From Lama guanicoe (lineage: Eukaryota), in NCBI GenBank assembly GCA_013239625.1, contig MU053995.1, positions 372,001 to 436,000 on the forward strand: a stretch of 64,000 nt of DNA, given 5' to 3'. Shown piece after piece: positions 1 to 12,900 of this stretch (the first letter of the stretch is position 1; every line of letters starts with the position of its first letter). The notes under the pieces are model-generated. The model saw only the letters and a program-made list of their open reading frames with translations, was not told the origin of the DNA and did not search any database. The position numbers were made by a program, and so were the translations under genes.

Positions 1-287
1 TAAAAGGGGGACAGTATAGAAAGTCTCCTTAAACTTTTCAAAAATACTGATAAGAAAACATTTCATAATTTATACCATAATGTCATCATTCCCTTAATAC
101 CAAAGCCAGACAAAGATATACAAGAAAATGACAAATCAATAGCTCTCAGGAATATAGATGTAAACCCCCCAATAAACCTAATCTAGTAGTATGTTAAAAT
201 CATTATATAATACAGTCAACTTCTGTTTATCCAAGGAACACACAGATGAGTCAAAATACAACAATCAATCAATATAACATACCACAT

Positions 288-642
288 TGTTTTGAGGTGA
301 AATAACCCAACCCTCAATCTCTGAATGTAACTGAATTTGGAGAAAGGCCTCTAAAGATGTAACTAAAGCAAAATAAGGCAACTGGGTGGCCAATCTGACT
401 GGTGTCAGATAAGAACAAGGAACTTAAGACAAGGACATACCAGGGATGCACACACACACAGAAATAAGGTCTGAAGACAAAACATCATATGGCCCTCTGT
501 AAGTCAAAGAGAGACCTCAGAAGAAAACAAATCTGCCAACACACGATTTCAGACTTTTGGTCTCCACATCTATGAAGAAATACATTTCTGTTAAGCCATC
601 TCATCTATGATACTTTATATGACAGCCTCAGCAAATAAATAC
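288..642 (+). mobile_element. MaLR (MLT1-like) solo LTR
   Basis: tgt...gaatgtaactgaatttgga...ccaatctgactggtgtc...gaaatacatttctgttaagcca...gcaaataaatac. Confidence 0.75.
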
Positions 643-653
643 TTGTATGACTA

Positions 654-881
654 CAACCAGAGATTGGCTCCATGGATTAGTTCCAGGACCCCCTGAAGAT
701 CCCCATATTCTGAGTGCTCAACTTCTTCATATAAAATGGTATAGTATAATCAGCACTTTGTATCCATGGGTTTTGAAACCTGTGAACACAATAGGCTGAC
801 TATATATATATATTCATTGATGAAAATCTGCACATAAGTGATTTTGCATAGTCCAAACCCATGCTATTCAAGGGTCAATTG
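654..881. mobile_element. Tigger-derived MITE (MER8/MER2-like)
   Basis: gttccaggacccc...tataaaatgg...aaacccatgctattcaagggtcaattg, flanked by TA. Confidence 0.7.
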
Positions 882-1356
882 TACAATCTTAATTCAATCA
901 AAGAAATACATCAAGAGAATAAAAATCAAAATAGATGCAGGAAATATCTAAACAGATGCAGGAAAAACACATAATAAAATCCAATGCCCTTTCATGATAG
1001 AAACACTTCAAGACAAGGAATAAAAAAGAATTTCCTAAACATGATAAAGAACATCTAGCAAAAGACAACATTAACATTTTACTTAATAGCAAAATACTGG
1101 ATAATTTTCTCTTAAGATTAAGCATAAGAAAAGAACATTTCCTCTTGCTACTACTATTCAATATTGTACTGGAATTTCTAGGAGGTTAGGCATGAAAAAA
1201 TTCTAGCATTAGTCAAGAAGATACTCAGATTGGAATGGATGAAGTAAAACTTTATTAGAAGATGACATACTCTTGTATTTAGAAAATCCTAAGGAATGCA
1301 CTAAAAATCTATTAGAATTCACAAATAAGCTCAGTAAAGTTGCAGAATACAGGATT

Positions 1357-1396
1357 AATAATAATAATAATAATAGTAATAATAATAATAATAATA
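1357..1396. repeat. (AAT)n microsatellite
   Basis: About 13 units, one interruption. Confidence 0.95.
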
Positions 1397-3165
1397 GTCA
1401 ATTGTATTTCTACTGACTTACAAAAAATCCAATTATGAAATTAAGAAAACAATTCCATTTACAATAGTCATTACTAATTTTAAAGTTTTAAATACATTTA
1501 ACAAAAGCACAAAACTTGTACTCTGAAAACCACCAATAATTTCTGAAAATAATTAAACATCTAAACAACTAAAAAAAATTCTATGTTCTGATAGGAAAAC
1601 TTAATATTGTTAAGATAATAATACTTTACAAATTCATTTACTTAGTAAGAAAGTGCAATCCTTACAATACCAGCTGACTGTGTTGAAGAAATTGACAAGT
1701 GTATTTTAAACTGGAACTGCAGGGACCAGAGTAGACAAAACTATCTTGCAAATGAAGAAAGTAGGATGACAGACATTCATGATTTCAAAAATTACTACAA
1801 GCAACAGTAATTAAGACTGTGGTAAAGGCATAAGGAAAAATCTATAATTTTTAGATATATGGCTTTATTTCTGTATTCTTAAGGAATGGAACAGAATTGA
1901 AAGTACAGAAATAAAGCCATGCATATATCATCAACAGACTTTTGACAAGGGTACCAGGACTACACAAAGACTTCTCAACCAATGATGCTAGAATACCTGG
2001 CTATCCAAATTAAAGGAAATATTACACATAAAAATTAACTCAGATGAGTCAAAAATCTAAATGTAAGAGCCAAAACTGTAAAACTCTATATAAAGATGAG
2101 TCTTTATGATCTTGTATTTGGCAAAATATTCTTAGATATGACACCACAAGCATATAGTACATTCAAATATGCCACATTGAGTCATAAAACAAAACTCAAA
2201 AAAATTTAAAAATAAAAATCACAAAATGTACTTTTCTGCATTAAAAGAAATCAAATGAGAACCCAGTAACACAAAGAAACCTGGAAAAATCCCAAATATT
2301 TGGAAACTTACAAAATACTTCTAAATATACACTGATCAAAGAGAAAGTCTCAAAGGGAAAAATTTATATAGGTAAAACATAAAAACTTACAGATTTCAAA
2401 TCTGTGGGATGCAACTAAAGCAGTACATAGAGGGAAATTTGTAACACTACATGCTTACATTATGGAAAAAAAAAGTTCTCAGCTGAGGGAACAAAAGAGA
2501 AGAGCAAATTAGATTTACAGAAAGTAGATGGATGGGAATTTTTTTTTAATGCACAGATTAACAATGAAGAAGGAAAACAATAAAGAAAAAGCAAAAGCTG
2601 GTTCTTTGATAACATAAATAAATTCATAAACCTCTAGCCTAGTAGAATAGGAAAAATAAAGAGAAAATACAAATTAACACTATCAGGAATGAAACAGATT
2701 ATAACAATACAGGCTCAAATGCAGCAAGATGATGATGGAAGGTCATAAATAACTTTATACCAGTAAATCACAAGTCACATTAAATGGACAAATTTTTGAG
2801 ACGCAACTACCATAACTCACCCATGAAGACAGACATAATCTGAAAGGTTTACACCTATGAAAGGAATTTAAATTGCTGGTAAAAACATTTCCACAAAATG
2901 CAAGAGAAAAAAAAAAGACTCAAATGACATGTATGGCTTTGATTGAATTCTTTCATTTCAGCAAAAAATAAAAGCAGTTCTACAAAAATTCATTCAAAAT
3001 GTTGAAGAGGGAATACTTCATTCTAAGAAGTTAGTATACCTAATTTTTTTATAATTAACTGAAAAAAAATCTAATAGATGAAAACCCTCAACAAACTAGA
3101 AATAAAAATAAACTTAACCTAAATTTGGTCTAAATAATTATTTAATTTACAAAAACTACTCCTGA

Positions 3166-3979
3166 CCATCATTTAAAAGTCCACAAATGACAAATGCTGG
3201 AGAAGGTGTGGAGAAAAGCAAACCCTCCTACACTGCCGCTTGGAATGCAGTTTGGTGCAGCCACTGTGGAAAATAGTCCGGAAATTCCTCAAAATTAGGC
3301 ATAGACTTACCATATGACCCAGGAATCCCACTCCTGGGCATGTATCCAAAAGGAACCCTACTTCAAAAAGACACCTGCATCCCAAAGTTCACAGCAGCAC
3401 TACTTGCAATAGCCAAGACATGGAAACAGCCTAATGTCCATCAATAAAGAAGAGGTGGTATATCTATACAAAGGTATACTATTCAGCAATAAAAACTGAC
3501 AACATAACGCCATTTGCAGCATGTTCCTGGAGAATGTCATTTTAACTGAAGTAAACCAGAAAGAGAAAGAAAAATACCATATGAGATCGCTTATATAGGG
3601 AATATAAAAAAACAAACAAAAACATAAATGCAAAACAAAATCAGACTTACACTGAATACAAACTTGTGGTTGCCAAAGGGGGAGAGGGTGGGAAGAAACA
3701 GACTGGGATTTCAAAACGTAGAATAGATAAACAAGATTATACCATATAAAACAGAAATATATACAAGATCTTGTGGTAGCTCACAGTGAAAAAAAAAATG
3801 AATGAATATATGTATATTCATGTATAACTGAAAAATTGTGCTCTATACTGGAATTTGACACAACATTTTAAAATGAGTATAACTCAATAAAAAAAAAGTT
3901 AAGAAAATAAGGGTTACATTGAAGTCAGAAAATAGTAACAACAATGTAAGAATAAAATCTGCTACAAAAAAAAAAAAAA
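3166..3979 (+). mobile_element. 5'-truncated young L1 3' end with target-site duplication (TSD) and probable 3' transduction
   Basis: L1 ORF2 end and 3' UTR; TSD aaactactcctga (3153-3165) / aaactacttctga (3981-3993). Confidence 0.85.
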
Positions 3980-5504
3980 CAAACTACTTCTGAGCTCTTT
4001 CCTCTCTCAATACTTCAAATTTTTCCAGTAAGAATTTATTTCTAACATCCTGTTCTTTGAACAATGGAAGGACATTTAATCAATGTATTTCCATAAGAGA
4101 TGGTTAGTTTTTTAGATGATACCATCCTTTTTTTTTGTAAAAGAGCAGAAATACTAACCATAGTTTGGGCACACATACAAATAAGCATTTTAAAAACGGT
4201 CTCTCTGAAGTGTGGAGGGAGAGAGGAAGGTTGACGAGTACATAAACTTCTCATCTTCACTTTTTCCACTTCAAAATCTAAAATCTACTATGTCTTGGAC
4301 TTATTTGTGTACCATTTAGAAGCAAAATGAAATTTAAAGAGACCCCTCTTTGTGAAACATAACATAGAATCCAAATAATTGATCACCCACTGTTACCATT
4401 ACTAGTACTAATATACTTCATATGTTACCATTTTCCTTTTACTTAATTTTGTTTGGGGACCTTTTGTTCAACAGTTACCCATACGAAAGCTGGCTGTACT
4501 TCTGACAGAAAGAGGCCATTGACAAATACACAAGAAATCACCATCCTAAGTACTATTTTCACTATTCATGACTTTTCAGAGAAAGTAATAAGAAATGATA
4601 GTAAATGCTTTTTTTTCTTTCATGATTATACTCTGAAATAACTGAATCATCCCAAGCCAGTCCATATTGCCATATTTAGATCCTTCCATACCCATGAATA
4701 ATCACAGAATAAGCAAACTTTTACTCCCTATGCTTCAATTGCATGTCTTTCATATAAAAATAATTCAAAAACTCAGTATTACTGAATTTTTAGAAAAGAC
4801 TATGTTAAAAGAACTCTACATTCTTTCCCAGTGACCTTACTATGGGCCAAGCACTACTCTAAATATGGAGCTTATGATCTGTAGCAGATCTTAAAGTGAT
4901 TTATTAGTAAAGAACCAACAAAACATCATTGGTTATGTCCCAGTTATGCTTTAGAAACCAAACTTAAAAGTGCTTTTGCTCATGGTATCCGTGTGCTCAC
5001 ACAAATGAAAATATTCTCTGATCTTCTATGGGAATAATAAATTTCTACTCCCAAATGGTTTATTTTACTTCTGCCTAAAATTACAGTTGAAACAAAAGGC
5101 CAAAGATTAAAAGGTAAGCTAAGGAGGTACTAACCAACATTATGCTATGTAGCTATACTAATAACAGATATTACTAGCCAAAAACAATATTATAGATATT
5201 TATTTCATTAAACTGGAAGATGAACTTTGTCCATTTTGCCTGTGTTTACTCTCAAATATGTAAGGCAAAGACTGTTAACCATAAAGGGAAACTGACGTAT
5301 CCTCCATCACAGAGGGAAATTCTTAACAGTAATAAAATAAGTATTAACATAACAAGAAGGTAAAATATAGTAAAAGAACAAGTAATACAACAAGTACAGG
5401 AAAAAAGTCTGAAAAAACAAAAAGCTTTTGAATGACACATTATGAAGCTTTATCTCACTAGCAAATATAAAATCATGGCATCCAATAACTCAAAAATATA
5501 TAGT

Positions 5505-5710
5505 CCAAGAAAGGCATGTGAGTTCATGGTTAATTCCAATACTGTGACTTATTAGCTGTCAGACTTGAACAAACTTATCTTCCTTGTGCCTCAGCTCCTT
5601 CAATGGTAAAAAGCGATGACAATACTTTCCTTAATGAGATTTCATGACAAATTACTATCTATAAATTAACAGAACAATGCAAAGCACAACAAACTACTCA
5701 ATAAATGTGT
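5505..5710 (+). mobile_element. MIR SINE
   Basis: acttattagctgt...cttgaacaa...tgtgcctcag...actcaataaatgt core. Confidence 0.7.
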
Positions 5711-6615
5711 AATAGTCGAGGTGGGTTTTTTTTGCAGTCATAGGTTAGATTATGGGAATTCTTAACACAAAATTTATGGTAGGACTATGTCCCAATAGAG
5801 TAAATGTTAATACCTCATTTACATTTTTTAAAAAATATAATCAATATTGCAAAACATTTAAGTCTCTCAATTTATAATATCTCAAATTTTCAGTTTTTAA
5901 ACATGACAGACTAGTGAACAATTCAGTGTATGTGAGCCAAGAAAAATAAATCACTAAATACTTCCTTTGGCAAATTGCTTATTGTATCAGTACCTTGCTC
6001 TTATTTTTTTCAAATGTGGATTAAAATAACATGCCCCTTTTGATAACTATCAGTAACTTCAAGTGAATATTTTAAGAATAAAAAATTCTTGCTACTTGTT
6101 AGAAAATAATTACTAATATGAGAATTCATTCTTATAACCATATCAACTGAACATTAGGATAAAATATAAAATAAGAAACAAAAGGTTCTCTGTTACTTAT
6201 CGAAGATTATTTGATAAAAGTATCTTTTCAATTTGGAAAGACTTTCAGGATTAACAAGTGAGAAGAGCATATCACAGTGCAAGGGTTAGGTAAAACTGGT
6301 TTAAGCTTCCTGTGTTCCTGTCTAGGAACAGAGTAAGAGGAAGAAAAGGTTTGTCTATGTAAATAAGTACCTACACTCTAAAGGGACAATTTACTCTAAA
6401 CTTACTAATTTTTATTCTAAATTTTAAAGTGAAGGCAATAAGAAGTATGGAATAAAAAAGGGACCTAGTTTTCAAGGACATTTTGTGTCTTCCAGTTTTG
6501 ACTGGTGCAACAGCCATTCAGGCTCAGACAAATTCAAAGATGAATCATGAAAAAATAAGAGAAAAATTATATTACGAACAGGTTCAGTGGTATGTATGCT
6601 ATAGCAAAAGCTGGC

Positions 6616-6743
6616 TTTAATAGCAATTTTATTTCAACAGACGCAAGATATGACTACTTCGCAATAATCAATTCTGCTAAAATGTGGATTAAATCTTATC
6701 AATATGCCAATTCCGACATTTACTATATATCCTATTATTTATT
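6616..6743 (-). terminator. Candidate proximal polyadenylation signals in the EIF2S3Y 3' UTR
   Basis: Minus-strand AATAAA at 6743-6738 and 6633-6628, ATTAAA at 6621-6616. More distal hexamers exist down to ~4035; the site actually used is unknown. Confidence 0.45.
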
Positions 6744-6887
6744 TTACTAGTTGAGGCTATGTTCATAACAGGAAGTTGAAAATAACCTTACAGCTTTTAC
6801 CAAAGTAATTCCCCAGTATTGCTTTGAAATTATACTCCTAGGTTGTTAAGGGAAATTCTTCCAAATGTATTATTTAACTGACAATCT

Positions 6888-6951
6888 TCAGTCATCATCT
6901 ACTGTTGGCTTGATGGTTACTCCTCTTCTTATTTGACCCCAACCAATTAAA
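6888..6951 (-). CDS. EIF2S3Y: eIF2-gamma exon 12, coding part ([20 protein letters not shown])
   Basis: ttacag|TTTA...GACTGA; stop at 6890-6888. Confidence 0.97.
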
Positions 6952-9900
6952 CTGTAAAGTGAAAATAAAAGAAGATGTGAATTTTAAATACGTTTCAGTA
7001 CAATTAATACAAAATCTAATACAAAATCCTGATATAACTGATCTTACTCTACTCTTCCTAAATTCAAACTTATTCCCATGAGATGTTGTTCTATAAAAAA
7101 AGGATCCATATTACCTTCTTAGATTCTTAGAGCCTTATATATGGGTTTTGGCCAAGATGAATGACAGAAGCAAACAAGGAGGTGCTGTCATAAATATGCT
7201 CATATTTTCTTTAAAAATACCTACTTATTCAAAATGAGGAAATAAGAGCACTTCAGGTTCTGCCAAGGAATGATGCCAATGGACACATCAGCTTAATTTA
7301 AAAAATCTCATTATCAATCATTTTTCTCTTCAAAAATGCCTCTTTCATAGGACCTTATCAGATTATAATGGCTTTAAAGGGAAATAAGAGAAGAGAAAGA
7401 AAGGAAGAACTAGAACAGATAATCTACAAACATAGTAATCTCAACAGGAGTCAATGACCAGACTGGATTGATACCTCAATTTTACCTTCTAGAACAAAAG
7501 CCACCACTCACCCCACAAAAAGGGATAAAAACAATTCTAAAGAATATAATAGGAGAACAGTTAGCTAAAACAGAGGACTTGATTCTGCAGAACCTTGTTC
7601 TACAGAACCAACAAATAAACAATATACTGACCAAAGAGTTTTGAGAACCTGCAGCAACCAAGCAAATGTCCAACAAAAAAAGCTACACTCAAACGGAAAG
7701 GAAATTTTTCGGCATTTCACTCATCTAGTGCAGCACAGCCAAGAGGAAGCCAAACAATTCCCAGTTCTTCTTGTAAGACAGAAGGGAAAGAGAACTTGTT
7801 TTCAAAGTTCTGGCTTCTCCAGGGGCTGCTCAAGGAAAACTAAGACATATAAAATAGTTGTGTAAATGGAAAACCTGGAAAAAAGAATACATCTCCAGGA
7901 AAGATGCATGCCCAGAAAGGCCTGAGAAGATCATAAGCCTTCAAACTGGGTTGGTTATTGAAGGTCTTCTCCTTCATGAAGTTAGTTTTCAAAGAAGGGG
8001 AGAGGTGTTTTTTTTTTTTTTTTAATGCACAATTTTAAGTAAAAGATCACAAAGCATACAAAGACATGGGGAAACATGAACATGTCCCATACAAGAGAAC
8101 AAAATAAATCCCTAGATATCAATCATAAAGATGTACAGGTCTTGGGTTCACTTTAAAACAACTCTCTTAAACATTTTCAAAGAGCTAAAGGATAACAAAT
8201 ACCTAAAGAAAACAAAATGATTTATGAACAAAGTGAGAATTAAAGAGAATTTAGTTTTAGAAAAAACTAAATAGAAACGCTGAAGTTAAAAAAACAAGGA
8301 CAATTTAAAAATTCACTAGTTTAATACTAGCAGATTGAAACACTATCAGAAAACAGATAATGTATCTTGAAGACGGGTCATCTGAAACTGAGTCTAAGAA
8401 GAAAAATAAAACAGTGAAGATATGTAAAAAAAACATCAACTGAAGGACTTATGGACACTGGGAGGATGCAACACAGGAGTCCCAGGAGGAGAGAGTGGCA
8501 GACAGCTTATCTGAAGAAATATTAAAAAAACTGAGAAAAAAAGCTCATGAATAAATTTACAAAGCTCTAAACACTACAACTACAATAACCATAGAGAACA
8601 GTATTAAGATACATAGTGATTTGCCTAAGTCAAAGACAAAGACTTGAAAACAGCAAGGTAAAAGAGACTATATATAGGAGCTTCCAAAGAATTATCAGTG
8701 GACTTCTTAGTACATACTTTGCAGGTAAGAGGATAGTAGGATGACATACTCAAAAGTGCTGAAGGAAAAAAAAAAAAAAACTACCAAAATAACTATCAGC
8801 CAAGAAAACTGTCTTGAAAAACTGCTTTCAAAATGAAGAAATTGAGACTATCACAGACAAAAGCTGAGCAAATTCATTATCATTGTAGCTGCTTTTAAAA
8901 AAATGCTAAAGAGAGGCCTTCAAGTTGAACTTAAAAGATAACATACAGCAACAGAGAGCTATGAAAATAAAGACAAATATACAAACATGGTAACTTGTAT
9001 TATTTAATTTTGGTGCACAGAATCTAACAAAAACATAAAAAGGTAATGATAAATTCATGAAAATGAACATATAATATGCAAAGATATAATGTGTCACATC
9101 AATAGCTGTAAGTACATGAACAGATATTTAAAGAGTAATCTATTGTATGCGACTGAAGTTAAGCTGCTATTAGTTCTGAATAAAATAGTTTAACGTTAAA
9201 ATGTTATATGTAATCCAATGGTTACAACCACCACCACCACCACAACAAACCTACAGAATATACACAAAAAAGTAACAGTCAGGTTATTTCCAAAGAATAC
9301 AGCAACAAAGTTGAAGAGAATTCCATTGGCCACTGTGGGTAATGAGCATCAAAATAAAAACAAGCAGTAATGGATCATAACCTACTGACCAAAACAGACA
9401 TCTCTGAGTCCACGTTACAGTATCTAAATAAGCAAATAAATAGGAAAAGAGGAAATGCCAAATGATAAACATAAAGAAGTAGTACAGAATTATGATATCC
9501 CCAGAGTTAAGATCATCATCAGTTCAAGAAGGAACAGTCAGTGAGGAAAAGGGAGACAACTTGATGAGAAGCATGGTATTTGTACAGTCTTAAGGGTCCT
9601 CCTATAGTCTATTTGTTAGGGTGCAAGCATAAAAAGAGAAACTTTTAACAAAAAAATCAGGTGCCTCAATTGCATAAACCAAAATTAACCTCACCAATTA
9701 GGTGCAGCCAGATTTGTGTGCCTTTGTGATTTCTGATAAGGACAAAACAGAAACATATAGCATTCTGGCCTATAATACATAACCTAACTCTAATAAGATG
9801 AAATTTAAATTAGGGGAGATTCTATACAATAACTGACTTGCATTATTTAAGTATCATTTCATGTTAAAATAAAAAAATGTTTTAGAAGTTCCATATTAAA

Positions 9901-12900
9901 GAGGCCACGGGATCCTGAAAAGGAAAGGTAATCCTGGGTTGGAGCAAGAAAAATGCAAAAACAACACTGTACAGAGAGGTGACAATTTAAAGAAGTAATG
10001 CAGGTTTTTGTATTTTATCAATGTTAAAATTCTTAAACTAGCTGTCTAAAAGAATATCCTTATTCTTAGGAAATATATTTCATACTGAAATATTAAAACT
10101 CCAGTTATGCAACCTACTCAGCTGTCTAGGAAAAACTAAGATGTATGATTATACATGTGCTCATGTAATAATATGAATACTGCATGTTTATGAAAAGTTA
10201 AAGGAAACTAAAATATTGTGTCTGAATTGTTTGATTTTACATGTATTATCTGAGACTAAAGGAAAGCCAGGTACAGTACCTTAACTAAAAGTGAACTGTA
10301 GCTTTACAGGTCAATGTTAGAGTATACATTTCACTGATCCAAATAGATAGCTGAGAATTAAAATCATTAGAACCATTGAATTCAAGGAAAAGTATATTTT
10401 TGTGTGTACATCTACTATCAAGAACTAACACTACAAGAAAATGTGCTGTTTTCCTGACTACGAAGTGGCAGAACTGACAAACTTACCGCCAGTGTTTCTC
10501 AACTCTTCGGCTAAGGGCAATCTTTTCTCCTACTTCTGTGCACACAGGATTAGTGAGAACTATTTTACCCAAATCAGCCTTGACTGCACTAACTCTTCCT
10601 CCTGTTGAAAGGGATCCTATGTTCACCATAAGCACCTCATTCTTAGACAGCTTTTGCACCTAGGTAAGTAAATTAAGAAAAGAATAAACCCTTCAATCAA
10701 GAACATGCTTTCCAAAATAAAGTGAGAATTTACCAAATAATGCTGGAAATAAACTATGAAGAAAAAAAATTCTCCAAGGATTACATTATAATGGAATTTG
10801 TAGCACATATACCCTACAGATGTCAAAATAAAACATTATTTAGCACATACTGAATACACACAAGGTCTAACTCTAAACCATGTAGTACAGCATAGATTAA
10901 TCAATGAAACTCAAAATTCTGAAGAGATTACAGCAAAAAGAATTGACAAAATCTCCTGTAAAGGGCAATAAGAGAAGAACACATATACACTATATAATTA
11001 AGTGGGTTCTGAAGCTCTAATTCCATTCATGTAAACTAACTAGGCACTTACAGTTCCTGGCCTCTGTAAAACCGGATAACATGTACTATATGATTATTAG
11101 CTATCATATTGTCTGTTGTTGTTGCTTACATTTACAGCCTTCTGATAAAATTCACATCAGTATTTTTAAGGGATTCATGTTTCATTAAAAAAAGTCAGAT
11201 AGTAAGAAAATTAAGTGGTCAAAGAACTCCAAATAATAAACGTTAAGTTTTATAAGCACGTAAGTCACATTGAAAATAATTTCTTTCCTTTTGCTTTTTC
11301 ATGACCACAATTTTTTGCTAGTATAAAGGAGACTCTATGACCATACACATACAGAATTTTCAATAATGTAATGAGAAGAATATAATCAATCCAACGTTGC
11401 ATACACTGAAAGAAAGGTAAAAATTTAAGCACTGTATCAACCAGCAGAAAAGCCTAAGGAAAACTGAAGAATGGAATCTGATGGTAAACATGTGATACAG
11501 AAGAGACTGTTACTATAAAAATCCCAGTGTATCATTCTTTTGCCAACTAGTATCTCTTTCTCCCTAACTAGTATATTTTTAGCTCTTTTAATGTCAAAAT
11601 AGGTATTACACATCTCATTCCTTTTTAAATGGCATTTTCCCTAGAGATGTTTAAAACAGTAACTCTGAAGTGAAATTGCTAGGATGGTTTGCACACTTAA
11701 ATATGAAATGTAAACTTTCTCAAAATTGTAAACGTTTATTTCCATGTAACTTTGCTAATAAAATCATACTTTTTTTTTTTTTAAGTTACACGTATACTAG
11801 AAAGAGTAAGCCTTTGTAATATGCGACATAAAACTTTTTCCAGTTGAGAAAAACCCAACTCTGCCTTGGTTTACAGCTTGCTATTACACAGAATATTCCA
11901 AAGTATTCACTTTTGTGGGGGAGGGGGGTAATTCTGTTGTGACTACAAAGGAATGAAATAAAACTGGTTTGAAACATCATAATTTGTCTGTGTTTCTGAA
12001 TTATAAACAGTATTTACTTTTGCTGCTTTTTTGTCTCCTTCTGTGCGTATGCCAAGAAGCCGTCTGAGTAGGAAATAGGAAATTTCCAATTCTGTAAAGA
12101 TCTCTGGTAAAGCTCCAACTGCACCAAGCACCTGTCCCACCATTCGATCAGCCCGGCACAAAGTGGGGTCAATTTTGGTTCCAACTCCTAATATACAATA
12201 AGATATTATTACATACTCCAAAACTGGTATTTTCTAAAATGTCCACAGAGGTAAAATTAGTCAAATCATACTATATCTATATATTTCAACCCAGTTAACT
12301 TATACCATGTAACAGCTACACAATCAAAATTCCATAAAATTCCTAATTAAAATTCCTGCTTTATCAAAAACTACAGAAACAATGGAAACAAGTAAGTGTT
12401 GTGGAAAATTAAATAATTAAAAAGATCCTCTTGATTTAAGTTACAAATAAAGGAAGATGAGATACCTGCTTAGCTCAAAATGAATTTCATTTAATAAGAT
12501 ACTTGGTCTTAATAAATACTGAAAAGCGCAGTCTGTAGTGTTTACTTTACAGAAATATAATGGATAATTTTTAACGCTGACTGGTAGATATTCAGGGTTA
12601 TCATTACACCATTCTACCTAGCTGCTTGTACATTCATGCAGTAAAAAGTTACAAGAAAATGTTCTCCGAATTTTCTTGTTCAATAAATCAACACATTTAA
12701 ACAAAGCAAAAAAACCACCCACAATCATAGGTAGAAAAGCAAACTTTAGGCAACTTTTCATTTGTAAGAATTTATAGGAAAAGCAACAAAGAACAATGTA
12801 AATAAAAAGAGTATAATGATACATTTTAAATGTTAAATCAGAAAACTTTGTTACTGTTACTTAACCTATGCATGAAACCAAAATGTACTCTTTACATACA

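Larger units (their letters stand above)
1..3150 (+). mobile_element. Old degenerate L1 ORF2 fragments with nested elements
   Basis: L1 ORF2 signatures (ataccaaagccagacaaaga, ctactactattcaatattgtactgga, gaagtaaaact...gatgacata) with many stops; boundaries approximate. Confidence 0.8.
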
